29,304 bases of DNA from Sanchytrium tribonematis (lineage: Eukaryota). The DNA lies in the NCBI GenBank assembly GCA_018985235.1, contig JADGIG010000001.1, forward strand, positions 62,001 through 91,304, in the 5' to 3' direction. Position 1 is the first letter of the stretch. Every line of letters begins with the position of its first letter. Below the pieces are notes generated by a model. That model was not told the DNA's origin and did not search any database. It worked only from the letters and a program-made list of their open reading frames with translations. The translations under genes and the position numbers were made by a program. Below, in pieces: positions 11,416 to 21,829 of this stretch.

Positions 11416-12762
11416 ATGGATGTTTTGTTGTGCATTATTTTAGTTCTTATATTCATATTTTTGTATATTATAGCGGCAATGGCTTTATTTATCACCGTCA
11501 GTGTTCTAGTGATATCTTATGTCATATTTAAGCCAATTTGGACACGTAATTTTGCAGTCTTATTAATTGCATATGTGCTGGTATTGTATACAAGTTTAGC
11601 TCAATTTTTTGTAAAGGTAGAAGATTTGGAGTTCTTCAGAGTGGGACATCTAAGTGGCTCTGAAGTCGTGTTACATTTTCGAGTATTAAACCCAGTAGAG
11701 CTCCATTGTTATGGAAATGGGGATTTGATCCAAGATGTTATAGTTCCTGCCAAAGATAAAGACAATATCGTATTCAAATCATTAAGAATTAAAGAGAATA
11801 CAAGCTATGGTTGCAGAGTACTTCAACATGGAAATGTAAAAGGAATTCTAAAGTTCAAATCACCATCATATTCAAAAGGTTTATTTCGTATAGCGTTCGG
11901 AAGTTGTACAAAATTTAATTTCCCATTTAATAACCAAGGAATCAGTGGTTTTAAAACTATTGTTCAGCAGCAGCCGGATTATTTAATAATGCTAGGGGAT
12001 TTCATCTATTCGGATTCACCTATGATTGGTGGAAGCAATTATGAGAGCTTCGCAAAGCTCTATAGACAAACTATTAATTTTCCAGAAACTAAGGCTATTT
12101 TTCAAACAATTCCATCATATTTTGTTTTCGACGACCATGAAATTCGGAATGATTGGAAGAAGGGCGTTTCTCCTCCATACAATGAAGCTATAAAAGCGAA
12201 TTACAATTATGCTTCAGGAACCAATCCATCTTCCAATACCTATTTCAACTTTACTGTTCAAAAGGCTGGTTTCTACGTTCTAGATACGAGGACCTATCGT
12301 AATGATACTACCATACTTGGACAAGAACAGAAAAAGCATTTTTTTAATTGGATAGACTACGCCAAAGACAATTTCGAATTCACTTTTATATGTGCTAGTG
12401 TTCCATTTACCGACAATTTCTGGTTCAATCATCAGGACACGTTTTCCAATTTTAAAACTGAAAGGAAGGAAATATTTGACTACTTGGGAGACCATCAAAC
12501 AATACTACTTACCGGGGATCGGCATGAGTTTGGAGCCGTTAAATTTAAGCCAGAACTTTATGAATTCTCAGTATCACCTATTCATCAATTTTATATTCCT
12601 TTTTATAAATTTGCCAATTTTGACGAAACCATATTCTACACTGAGAAAGGGCAGAATAAAGTTGGAATTTTTGATATCGACACTCTCAATGGCTATGCAA
12701 ATTTCACATTATTGGTAGATGACATTCCAATTTTTAATTATAGCATTAAAAAACAAAAATAA
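11416..12762 (+). CDS. Membrane-anchored PhoD-like alkaline phosphatase
   Basis: N-terminal hydrophobic helices, then FGSC, GDFIYSD, DDHEIRND, LDTRTYR and GDRHE PhoD motifs. Start set at ATG 11416, after the cyclin stop. Confidence 0.9.
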   Translation: MDVLLCIILVLIFIFLYIIAAMALFITVSVLVISYVIFKPIWTRNFAVLLIAYVLVLYTSLAQFFVKVEDLEFFRVGHLSGSEVVLHFRVLNPVELHCYGNGDLIQDVIVPAKDKDNIVFKSLRIKENTSYGCRVLQHGNVKGILKFKSPSYSKGLFRIAFGSCTKFNFPFNNQGISGFKTIVQQQPDYLIMLGDFIYSDSPMIGGSNYESFAKLYRQTINFPETKAIFQTIPSYFVFDDHEIRNDWKKGVSPPYNEAIKANYNYASGTNPSSNTYFNFTVQKAGFYVLDTRTYRNDTTILGQEQKKHFFNWIDYAKDNFEFTFICASVPFTDNFWFNHQDTFSNFKTERKEIFDYLGDHQTILLTGDRHEFGAVKFKPELYEFSVSPIHQFYIPFYKFANFDETIFYTEKGQNKVGIFDIDTLNGYANFTLLVDDIPIFNYSIKKQK

Positions 12763-12764
12763 AT

Positions 12765-15700
12765 TTACTCGCTTAACTGCCGTCTAAGATTGGATTTGCG
12801 TATGTATCTGACAAACCCGTCATAACCAGTAGTGTAGATATTGAGCTTAGAACTACAAATGCTACTAAGACCACTTGTTTCCGTATTTCCAAGAAACTTT
12901 GAGCCATGTATCTTCTTGTAATTACTTATCATTGATCTATCAGTTAAAGTAAACTGTTTTAAGCTTCCTTCAACACTTCCTGTGAAAAAGCTATTTAGCT
13001 CTGGAGCTACCCAAACAGTGTTGATCGAAGAATTATGAGCGTGGAATGTATCAATCACTTTTCTTTGCCTCAAGTCAATAGTAGTAATCTCTCCTTTTTT
13101 CCCTACACTAATGAGATGATTGTAAGCGGCGGAATATGCAATCCTATGAATGCAATGTTCTGAAACATTAAAAGTATCTATTTCTGCTGTGGAATGTGGA
13201 AGCAAGCTATCATATATAGAAACTTTTCCATTACTACTCGAGTACATTCCTGATGTAGCTAATAAACTACCCGAATTCAGAAAGCAAAAATCTGAACTTG
13301 TTTTATACTTCATCTGGTTTTTAAGTACTGGAGTAGTTCCATGAATCAAATCAAATAGATAAAGCGTACCATCAGAACCCAACGAACCAAATTTTTCTCC
13401 AAAAGGGTCAAAACTGACGCGAACTACAGGTATGTTTTCGATAGGAAATTCTATCATGGTTTTGGTAAGGCCAAATTGGAAAACACCTATCTTTTTTGTA
13501 TCCTCAGACGTGTAGTCGCAAGCATAAATTTTATACTTAGGATTTGGAGCAATATCTTTAGTCAACAATGGTCGACTGAGTTTCACGATGTCATTTATAA
13601 AATGATCACTCATGGAACTAGCGTCGCCACTTTTTTTGACAAATTGCGGCATGGCCCGGTGGAATCCAACATTATTAAGAAAGCTATTATTTCGAGGAAG
13701 TGTCGCTGGTGGATGCTGGCCAGTGTATTCCTCCAATTCAGCTTGAGAGCTCATTTGAGTTAAACTTTCCTCAAATGTATTCTTAGGCACACTCGAAAAA
13801 ATTTCTGAATTCTTACTTTCTGAATTGTTTTGAGATGATTTTGAAGCCATGCTGGCATTATCTGTATCAACATCTTTGTAACAGCACCAAGCATAGTTGA
13901 TATCAATTTCCCACAAGCCTTTACTAGTTGCCATTACCATTTCATTCTCATTTACAACATTCAGGGCACTGGCAAATATACTGGCACCTAATTTGACAAG
14001 ATCCTCAACATAATTGTCATCTGCTTCCACAATGACGTTGGTCTTGGGCTGCTTGGCTTCTTTTTTGCTCAATAGATTTTTTACCAGTCCTTGCATTTTA
14101 GCCCATTCGAAGCACAAATCCCAAACATCTTCCTGACTAGTCGATTGTAAATTGTTTCGAAACTCAATTAGGTCTTTCTCATCCCACAGTAAGTAAAGCT
14201 TCTCTTCTAATGAACTACATTTAATCAACAAAGGCTGAATAATTGCGTCAGAACAGTAATTTTGAAAGCCAATATCTAGTTGGTATTCACCATGGAACAA
14301 TATAATCTCGTGTAGTAAATATCTATAAATAAATAAATCTCCACATATCTTTGATTGCTCACCAGACACTGTATCCGGAAATACATCTTCATGAAATGGC
14401 TGCTTCAAGGATTTGATCAATTGATGTAGCACGTCTTTACAGCAAACCTCCTCTTTTAATAGCGCGAACAATGTTGGTAAACAATTGAGAGCCAGCGCTA
14501 CAGGGCAGTATTTCTTTAGATGAATTCCTGATTCAACCAATACGACAACACCAGTTAATATTAATTGGGGAATACAGGTAAAATTAGATTGATCAGAACA
14601 ATCCATAGCCGTTTTCAAAAGATTGATACTATTCTCATGTAAATACTGCTGCAATTCTATAGGGTTATTTTGCCTTATATTCAGATCAATTAGTAAATTA
14701 CAATACAGTATTAACTCGTTTTCAAAATAGGCTAGTGTCTCGGGGTTTTTGCTCGATATCAAATCAAAAAATAAGGCAAAAGCTCGGTCGTTGATGCAGT
14801 ACCAGAGCATCAATTCGTCTAATATAGAATGATCAATACTTAAATTCATACTCAGCTCATCTAATGATTTCCCAAGACTATCTTTATATGATTCAGCCAA
14901 AATATTCTCATTCTCAACCATTTCGGTAAAAGCAACGACGCTATCAATCAATATAGGAATCCACGAAATTGCCAGCACTTGCTTCGACAGCTCGCTCCAC
15001 TCATCAAGTAGGTCGATTCCGGTAGTCGATAAATCGTATTCGTGAATAGCAACAAGACTCAAAATAGGTGATGAAAGTCTTTTATATGTATTGACTACCT
15101 GATTGATTAATTGCTTTAAATTAAAGTCTAAGTCCATAAAGTGTTCGTTCTTCAACTTAGTTTTGAGTTGACAAGCAATAATAAAAGCACTGGCATCATT
15201 TTCTGTCGACTTTAGTAAAGCAAACGACTGATCAAATTTTTTCAATTTCCACGAGGCCATACTAGCCAAAAATAAATCAGCGCTTGATGACAACTCTTTA
15301 TAGATTTTGTCGGCCAAATCTTGTCTATTTAGAAGGAAGCAGATTGTCAAACTGAGCTGAAAATCACTTAAGTGGTTCGTGCAGATATTTAGGCATTCTT
15401 CAACTGCATTTCCAAGAAGAAAAAATGAAGCAGCCATATGATACTTTTGTTTACCAAGTAACACAAATGCATTTTTACACGCAATTGTTTGATTTTTGAC
15501 GTCTGTAAAGTCTAGTGATAAAAATTTAACAAGTTTTTCTTTTTCAGGATGGCTGTGTTGCTGTTTCCACAGAGCCAAGCATATATTTTTCTTTTGTAAT
15601 GCCAAATACAATATCATAGAGAAAGTAGGATCCTGTTGTTTTATATATTCTTGTTTGGCAACCTTTTCGATGGTAGATTTGTCATTGACAAAATGTATCA

Positions 15701-18641
15701 TTTGATATTGAGAAAATTTAGCCCAGCTAAGTTCCTGAGAAAGCAGATTAATTAGATTTTCCTTTGATTCAGAACAAAATGCAAAATACGCTAATTCTCC
15801 TAGTGACTGATTAAAGTTGTAATTTGGCTCGATCTCCAAAATCTGAGCCTTTTGCAGATTGATATATTCTTGTAGTCTCAAAATCACAAGATACCTAAAT
15901 GCAAACGAGTCTACAGAATGCTGAGCATGTTTAAGTTGTTTGAAACTAATAACAATACCTTTAAGCATTATATGGTCAATGCTAGTCAAGTATTGAAGAC
16001 AATTGCTCTCTAATTTTGATATCAAATATGTCTGCATTTCATCCGTGTAGTCAGTCATTGCCGTTATATCTGTTGTTAAACTAAATCGAACTTGATTCTG
16101 CTGCTCAATAATTTGCGAATAAGTTGTTGGTGGAAACGCACCTCCATGTAAAAAATGATAATATAACCGGATCAAAATACTTTCTACAATGTGCAATTTC
16201 ATCCACATTAGATATTGTATGATAATATTGGGGTGATAATCTGGCAAATATTTTATATTATCGACGATAAATTCTAAAATGTTTGGACTAAATTTGTCAC
16301 CTTGTTGGACACAATTCACAGGGACGATTGAATCTGAATCAATAATGCACAATCTTTGCTGTTTCATCAAACAAACTCCACCATTTTGAAGCCAAGTAAG
16401 ACGGTCGTAAGTTTGATTCAAGGGAAGCCGGCTAAAGACTCTATAGTCATATTGCAAAACATTGTAAGTTTGTTGAGATTTATACTGGCAAACAATTACA
16501 AGCTCGTCATTCGTTAAGACAGCTAGAACATCGCTCTCGTTGGTGCAACTGATCCAATCGATATCACAAACATTAGAAAAAGTGAAAGTGCTAAGTAGTA
16601 TAATTCGCTTGTCCAATATTGAAGCACCGAAAATTAAAACCTCGCAAATGTTAGATTTAGACACAACAATAGCTATATGTTTGGGACTGCATTTGATCAT
16701 TAGTATTCGACCGCCACTTAAATAATCTTTGATATTTAATTCCGACAAAACATGGATTTCACTGTCCACGTGAAAAATTAGTAGCTTGTCTTTTGACAAT
16801 GAAATAAATAAAGCTTTAGATTTCAAATTAGATATAGCCATTTTAGCTTTGTACTTGAGATGTAGAATTGAAGGAGATAAAAATATTCGCATCAAATAAT
16901 CAGACTCAAACGTAACCGAGCTTTGAATTTCAAATTTGAGCTTGTCGTCTGAGAGCGTAAGTTGACCGGTTTCAAGAACATTTTCATTAAATAAAATTAA
17001 TTCTAAATTGAGATTCTCAACAGTAGTTGAAGGAGGACTCATAAAAAATAAATGATTGTTGTAGTCTATAGGAACATAACATTTGGCAGTCATTTCCAGG
17101 TATTCTTTGTTATCTTTAAACTTAATTCGAAAAAAATAAATTTTGAATAAACTAACCAGTATGAAAGCAGGATCGCTAACAATCCATCTCAAGTTTTTTG
17201 GATTAAATTTGTGATCTATTGCTATTTTATCTATTTCTTCTAGAGGCTCGTGAATATCTCTGCCTATTTGATGCGTTACTACCTTCCACAAAATCACGTC
17301 TGTGTCTCGATAAGATAATACATAAGGATATAATTGATCTGGGTGTCTTGTAAAACCAAATGACTCAACATTTTCTTGGAGCAAATGACCCTGAAATTTG
17401 GCAATCAAAGCAACTTTTCTATTTGGGGACTGCCTCATGAAGGCATCTATAAAATCCAAGAAATAAATATGAATATGTCCATTTCTCAAATTTTGAGCGA
17501 TCATGTATAATTTGTACGGACTCATTTCCTCATCAAGAACAACCGGCGGCATGGTATGAAACGTATACACTGAAGAAAAGAAGTAATGGTAATCGGGATC
17601 GTGTTCGTATTTTTCGAATGCATCAGGAATTTTCATCAGAGGAACCACTTTCGCAATGCTACGCGGTTTGGTTTGCATATTTTGTAAAGACCAAAGTAAA
17701 AACTCACCGTTTTTAGAAACTCCAAAAACAAGAACAGGATGCTCGTTGAGCATAAGTCTTACTTTCTGTTGCCAATAGTGTAGAGATTCATCCATAATCA
17801 GAGCAGGGTTAGGTAAATTCTGATTCATAAAAGATATCTCATCTTGCTGTTTTGTGGCAGTCAAATGCTTCACCTTTGAAGTATCCACCATTTTCTCCAA
17901 AACAGATTTGTTAAGCCAATGTAAACTCACGAAATCTTCCTTACTAATATCTGAAAATTTAGAAGGCTCAATTAAACAAGACAGGACTAGTCGATTGTCA
18001 TCTTCCTGGTAAATTCTGGTGGTATTGTCCATGCAGTTTGTCAATAAAATATGTTGGTCATCGCGCCATTCTATATGTAATACAGGTTGAGGATGTTTTA
18101 AATAAATGAATGAATAATCGATGCGCTTGTTTCTTAGCAAATGATGTTTTAATCTCCATACTTTTAGCAAATGGTCTTGGGCGCCGCCACTTACAATAAA
18201 TTTACCATCTTTTGAACATTCTAATAAATGAATTGGGAAAGGCATTTTCATCGAGAACAACCTGCTCAATTGAAAGTCATAAACCCCAAACTCATCCGAT
18301 CCTGCAAACAATCGCTCATTTGAACAACATAATGAATGAACTTCCGAATCGAGTTGAATCTTTTTAACCAACTCACCCGTCATTGTTATCATGGCAATCG
18401 AATTACCATATGAGATAAAGAAATAATCTTTGATTGCTGCTATGGAAGAAATTAGTTGAAAACTCGTATTGCCTAATGTCTCTGCCGGAATTGTTTGAAC
18501 GTATTCTATTTTGTAATCGCATTTGTACAAAATAACAGAGGATCCACTTGCATAAATTAACTCATTGTTGCTACTTAATGAGTAAGATTTGGCATTTGGC
18601 TGTCCTGCTATGGTGTGAAAATTTAGCTGTGCATGACTCAT
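12765..18641 (-). CDS. RAV1: RAVE subunit Rav1 / DmX-like (rabconnectin-3 alpha) WD40 protein
   Basis: N-terminal WD40 propellers (FIYLKHPQPVLHIEWR, LLTNCMDNTTRI), Rav1p_C motif ACKNAFVLLGKQKYHMAASFFLLG, and a DmX-type C-terminal WD40 propeller. ATG 18641 chosen because the ATG at 18692 overlaps UBA4. Confidence 0.9.
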   Translation of the reverse strand: MSHAQLNFHTIAGQPNAKSYSLSSNNELIYASGSSVILYKCDYKIEYVQTIPAETLGNTSFQLISSIAAIKDYFFISYGNSIAMITMTGELVKKIQLDSEVHSLCCSNERLFAGSDEFGVYDFQLSRLFSMKMPFPIHLLECSKDGKFIVSGGAQDHLLKVWRLKHHLLRNKRIDYSFIYLKHPQPVLHIEWRDDQHILLTNCMDNTTRIYQEDDNRLVLSCLIEPSKFSDISKEDFVSLHWLNKSVLEKMVDTSKVKHLTATKQQDEISFMNQNLPNPALIMDESLHYWQQKVRLMLNEHPVLVFGVSKNGEFLLWSLQNMQTKPRSIAKVVPLMKIPDAFEKYEHDPDYHYFFSSVYTFHTMPPVVLDEEMSPYKLYMIAQNLRNGHIHIYFLDFIDAFMRQSPNRKVALIAKFQGHLLQENVESFGFTRHPDQLYPYVLSYRDTDVILWKVVTHQIGRDIHEPLEEIDKIAIDHKFNPKNLRWIVSDPAFILVSLFKIYFFRIKFKDNKEYLEMTAKCYVPIDYNNHLFFMSPPSTTVENLNLELILFNENVLETGQLTLSDDKLKFEIQSSVTFESDYLMRIFLSPSILHLKYKAKMAISNLKSKALFISLSKDKLLIFHVDSEIHVLSELNIKDYLSGGRILMIKCSPKHIAIVVSKSNICEVLIFGASILDKRIILLSTFTFSNVCDIDWISCTNESDVLAVLTNDELVIVCQYKSQQTYNVLQYDYRVFSRLPLNQTYDRLTWLQNGGVCLMKQQRLCIIDSDSIVPVNCVQQGDKFSPNILEFIVDNIKYLPDYHPNIIIQYLMWMKLHIVESILIRLYYHFLHGGAFPPTTYSQIIEQQNQVRFSLTTDITAMTDYTDEMQTYLISKLESNCLQYLTSIDHIMLKGIVISFKQLKHAQHSVDSFAFRYLVILRLQEYINLQKAQILEIEPNYNFNQSLGELAYFAFCSESKENLINLLSQELSWAKFSQYQMIHFVNDKSTIEKVAKQEYIKQQDPTFSMILYLALQKKNICLALWKQQHSHPEKEKLVKFLSLDFTDVKNQTIACKNAFVLLGKQKYHMAASFFLLGNAVEECLNICTNHLSDFQLSLTICFLLNRQDLADKIYKELSSSADLFLASMASWKLKKFDQSFALLKSTENDASAFIIACQLKTKLKNEHFMDLDFNLKQLINQVVNTYKRLSSPILSLVAIHEYDLSTTGIDLLDEWSELSKQVLAISWIPILIDSVVAFTEMVENENILAESYKDSLGKSLDELSMNLSIDHSILDELMLWYCINDRAFALFFDLISSKNPETLAYFENELILYCNLLIDLNIRQNNPIELQQYLHENSINLLKTAMDCSDQSNFTCIPQLILTGVVVLVESGIHLKKYCPVALALNCLPTLFALLKEEVCCKDVLHQLIKSLKQPFHEDVFPDTVSGEQSKICGDLFIYRYLLHEIILFHGEYQLDIGFQNYCSDAIIQPLLIKCSSLEEKLYLLWDEKDLIEFRNNLQSTSQEDVWDLCFEWAKMQGLVKNLLSKKEAKQPKTNVIVEADDNYVEDLVKLGASIFASALNVVNENEMVMATSKGLWEIDINYAWCCYKDVDTDNASMASKSSQNNSESKNSEIFSSVPKNTFEESLTQMSSQAELEEYTGQHPPATLPRNNSFLNNVGFHRAMPQFVKKSGDASSMSDHFINDIVKLSRPLLTKDIAPNPKYKIYACDYTSEDTKKIGVFQFGLTKTMIEFPIENIPVVRVSFDPFGEKFGSLGSDGTLYLFDLIHGTTPVLKNQMKYKTSSDFCFLNSGSLLATSGMYSSSNGKVSIYDSLLPHSTAEIDTFNVSEHCIHRIAYSAAYNHLISVGKKGEITTIDLRQRKVIDTFHAHNSSINTVWVAPELNSFFTGSVEGSLKQFTLTDRSMISNYKKIHGSKFLGNTETSGLSSICSSKLNIYTTGYDGFVRYIRKSNLRRQLSE

Positions 18642-18667
18642 TGCAAAGTTTGAAAAATTAAAATTTA

Positions 18668-19738
18668 TTATAAAAAATTCGCTTCGTCGCATAAAGTTTT
18701 ATAGCCGCCTAAAAAATTGTAAGTAGACATATCAAAATTCAAATTAGAATATGCTATAAAAGAATCATGGCCTCTGCGGCAAATAAAAATTATGTGTTTT
18801 TGAAAGCTAACGTGACTTAAAATTAAATTTTTGCATTTTTCAGGATTAAATATGATGTGATTAATTGGAACATTTATGGAATTTGGAATATTATATACGG
18901 AATATTTCTCCGCCGGCCTGACATCGACAATTAAACTGTTGTCTTTAATGGACAGAAATGTATCAAGGTCGATCCCTTCATAGGATTTTTCACACACAGG
19001 CGATTCTATAGGATATTTTTTAGTACCGCAAGCACCACAAGATGATTGGATGGGTCGAAGCTTCACCTTTCGTATATCCCATGTATTGAATTGGATCCTG
19101 AGCAAGGTAGATTTCAAATTTGAATTTCCAAGGAGAATATTGTTGACTTCAATAGCTTGAAGACACCCGAATGTTCCTGGTACTGATCCAATTACTCCCA
19201 TATCATCGCAACTGCTTATAATGGGAGGCAGGCAAGGATTAATGCATCTATAACATGCAGAATTCGGAAAAAAAGTAGTAATTTGTCCTTGTAGTGCTAC
19301 AGCGCTTGCAGATACCCAAGGCTTTTTATAAATTAGACAGGCCTCGTTGATCAGGTACTTTGACATCGGGTCATCCACGCAATCCACTATGACATCGTAA
19401 TTTTCAACCATGTTGGAATTTTCTTTAGTGAAATGCGATTCTATTTTCAAGTTAGGCATTGATTTTAGTAAAGACTCACTTTTCTTCACCCCAATGTTGT
19501 TTGAATGCAAATATTGTCGATGAATATTAGATTCTTCAACTAAATCGTCATCAGAAACTCCAACAGTAATTCCAGAGAAGTAGAGGTATGGAATGCATGT
19601 ATTACCTAACCCGCCACAACCTATTACAAGCACTTTGGAATTACGTAGTATGTTGTGCTTTGTTAAACCGAGAATTCCCATTTGCCTAGCATAGAGATTT
19701 AAATCGTGAGTAGCAACTGTTGAAAATTTTGGTTTCAT
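18668..19738 (-). CDS. UBA4: Adenylyltransferase/sulfurtransferase Uba4/MOCS3
   Basis: YARQM, VLVIGCGGLG, SNIHRQ, CYRC, SCDDMGVIG, CGACG and rhodanese CRRGHDS. Confidence 0.93.
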   Translation of the reverse strand: MKPKFSTVATHDLNLYARQMGILGLTKHNILRNSKVLVIGCGGLGNTCIPYLYFSGITVGVSDDDLVEESNIHRQYLHSNNIGVKKSESLLKSMPNLKIESHFTKENSNMVENYDVIVDCVDDPMSKYLINEACLIYKKPWVSASAVALQGQITTFFPNSACYRCINPCLPPIISSCDDMGVIGSVPGTFGCLQAIEVNNILLGNSNLKSTLLRIQFNTWDIRKVKLRPIQSSCGACGTKKYPIESPVCEKSYEGIDLDTFLSIKDNSLIVDVRPAEKYSVYNIPNSINVPINHIIFNPEKCKNLILSHVSFQKHIIFICRRGHDSFIAYSNLNFDMSTYNFLGGYKTLCDEANFL

Positions 19739-19855
19739 CCACTCGAGGGATATTTCGCAAATCAATTAGATAAAGCAATTGCATATTATGAATGCGAATA
19801 CTTAATTTAAGAACATGATAGCAATCAACAGAATTTCCTGAAACACCTAAATCTT

Positions 19856-20434
19856 ATGGATGACAAACAGATGATATCAGCAGGACTAGCTGGCAGCCCG
19901 GACCCTTCAAAATCTTTGGTAATTAGCAAGCTTACAAATTTAGTTTTATCTGATCAATCTACTGACTTTATAGAAAAGCAAAAGAAAATCAATGAATTTA
20001 GTCTTGAATTACACCATCAACAGCAGACAGATACAGCCCTGCTGCATCACAGGATCCATTTTTTAACAAGGATAATCATGGTAGGTGCTCATTATGTTAA
20101 AAAAATGCAAGAAACTGTTGTAATTTTAAAGAAAGATCAAGTACAATTGTCGGAGCGTGTTGAAAAGCACGATTCTGAAGTAAACCAATTGAATCACAAT
20201 ATAGATCAATTAAGGGATCAAATGACAAATGAACTGGGACGAATTGAAAAACTTGAGGCTTCCTTCAGAATTGCAAATATTTCAAAATATTTATTATACG
20301 TTATTATCTCGTATTTAATTTTGAGACGCAAGTATAAAAGCTTAGGGTCGTTGGCCGCTTTTTATGGTTTATTGAACCAAAAGGATTTGATAGTTAATTC
20401 TTTAAAAGACAAAATACTGAAATATTACATTTAA
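19856..20434 (+). CDS. Hypothetical coiled-coil protein with a C-terminal hydrophobic segment
   Basis: 192-aa ORF filling the space between neighbours, with heptad repeats and YLLYVIISYLIL. Confidence 0.7.
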   Translation: MDDKQMISAGLAGSPDPSKSLVISKLTNLVLSDQSTDFIEKQKKINEFSLELHHQQQTDTALLHHRIHFLTRIIMVGAHYVKKMQETVVILKKDQVQLSERVEKHDSEVNQLNHNIDQLRDQMTNELGRIEKLEASFRIANISKYLLYVIISYLILRRKYKSLGSLAAFYGLLNQKDLIVNSLKDKILKYYI

Positions 20435-20435
20435 T

Positions 20436-20714
20436 TTACTTCTCCAGCATTTTGTCTTTGATTTGCAATGAAAATGTGTTGGGCTTCGTTTCCTTTATTT
20501 CTGCGACATGATTATTAAGTAAATAAATTACTCCATTGGCATGTTCGATTTCCTTTTTAATATCATCATCACTGGTCAATTGTTTGTTATTTTTAAAAGA
20601 AGTTCTAGTTCGATCTAAAGCCCCTCGAAGAGCTTCTGGACTATTCTTAAAAAGCAGGCGTTCAGTTTTTAAAAGCTTTTTATAGAGTGACAGAATTTTT
20701 AACTTTTTGCTCAT
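20436..20714 (-). CDS. MZM1: LYR-motif protein, probably complex III assembly factor Mzm1/LYRM7
   Basis: ILSLYKKLLK..LF.N...L......R..F, then LLNNHV and FSLQI, fit the LYRM7 layout. Confidence 0.7.
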   Translation of the reverse strand: MSKKLKILSLYKKLLKTERLLFKNSPEALRGALDRTRTSFKNNKQLTSDDDIKKEIEHANGVIYLLNNHVAEIKETKPNTFSLQIKDKMLEK

Positions 20715-20727
20715 AACAAGGGGTGAT

Positions 20728-21298
20728 TTATTTGACTTTCTTTGACTTAACGTGCAAATTATATACTCTTGATACAGCTAAGTTATGATTAATTACTGAC
20801 TTGCAAAGTGGTGATTATTTTTTTTAAAAGTTTTCTTTGATCTCCAATAGATTTTTTCTTACTTTCAACTTCTTCTTGTCTAATCTCTAGCATTTTTATA
20901 GCGTCATCTAATGGATATTCAACCATCAGGGTATTGCTAAGCCAGATATTAACGTTTTGCAATGGTTCCACAGTTCCATCTGCATACAATGAATCAGCCA
21001 ACTGAAATTTAGTTTTTAAAGTTTTTTGTTGCTTTAAATCAGTAATGACTTCTATATCTTTCTCAAGCTCTCTCTTCTTCTCATTTAATTCACTTACTGT
21101 GGAGACTGTATATGTTTCTTGCTTTTGGGCCATTTGTAATAAGTTTTGCAGATGGTTAATTACAATTGCTGCTGAACTTTCAGTCAACTTTTCTAATAAA
21201 TTTTGTTCAACATGTTGAACAGCTTGGATAGTCTGCCATTTGTTAAAAGGTGAAGGCAAATCTTCAACTTTGACAAATCTAGGTTGTTCTTTGGACAT
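20728..21298 (-). CDS. PAC10: Prefoldin subunit 3 (Pac10/VBP1), 183 aa; exons 21298-20797 and 20777-20728
   Basis: TKFQLADSLY, VNIWL...MVEYPLDDA, and after splicing ITTLQVTVSRVYN (canonical TT.EV.MARVYN). Confidence 0.88.
20778..20796 (-). other. 19-nt intron in prefoldin 3 (GTAATTAATCATAACTTAG)
   Basis: Removal restores the conserved RVYN C-terminal motif. Confidence 0.9.
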
Positions 21299-21339
21299 TC
21301 AAGACTGACACGAGGGAGATTCGGCAAGCTTAAAATTTA

Positions 21340-21795
21340 TTATGCCAATATTATTGCTACTAAAAGTATGGCAAAAAAGTCAAGCGTGGCTACTATGTCA
21401 TGATTACTGTCGTTTCTTGAGATTTCGCGGTGTTTCTCAATTACTCTTTTACCAAAAAACGAATACAACTCATATATTGTCAAATCATCGTCAGAGAGAT
21501 CAGATGATAATATTGAATTTTGTTCCTCAAAATCCTCATTTTCAAACTCTAGCTCTACAATTGTGTTCGACATTTTGGAGTCTTGCTTTTTAAATTGTTT
21601 GCTCAAGCCTATATTTTGAATTTTTCTATCTAGATATAAAACGTTTGTCTCTTGATTTATTATACCCTGTTTCTGGAAGACGATTTGCCGGTATAGCATT
21701 TGAATCTTTTCGGCGTGGAGGTTAAACTTTGCTTTCCTTAATTTTATCCGCTCTTCTAAAAGATCATTTTCAACCATATTTATTTCCATTAACAT
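21340..21795 (-). CDS. Hypothetical coiled-coil protein with C-terminal transmembrane tail
   Basis: 151-aa ORF ending FFAILLVAIILA, with the stop followed by TAAATT. Confidence 0.6.
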   Translation of the reverse strand: MLMEINMVENDLLEERIKLRKAKFNLHAEKIQMLYRQIVFQKQGIINQETNVLYLDRKIQNIGLSKQFKKQDSKMSNTIVELEFENEDFEEQNSILSSDLSDDDLTIYELYSFFGKRVIEKHREISRNDSNHDIVATLDFFAILLVAIILA

Positions 21796-21829
21796 GACCT
21801 AGAACATTTTGAAAGAATTTTTATGATAT

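Noticed and set aside
18642..18692. Apparent RAV1/UBA4 overlap, and likewise PhoD/cyclin at 11341-11386
   Set aside because: These arise from the ORF caller taking the most upstream start. Downstream ATGs with the TTG motif (18641, 11416) remove the overlaps.
277..20796. Split genes as pseudogenes or sequencing frameshifts
   Set aside because: Every break carries an extra 19-20 nt with the same GTA...TWAYWTAG consensus, and its removal restores the frame exactly.
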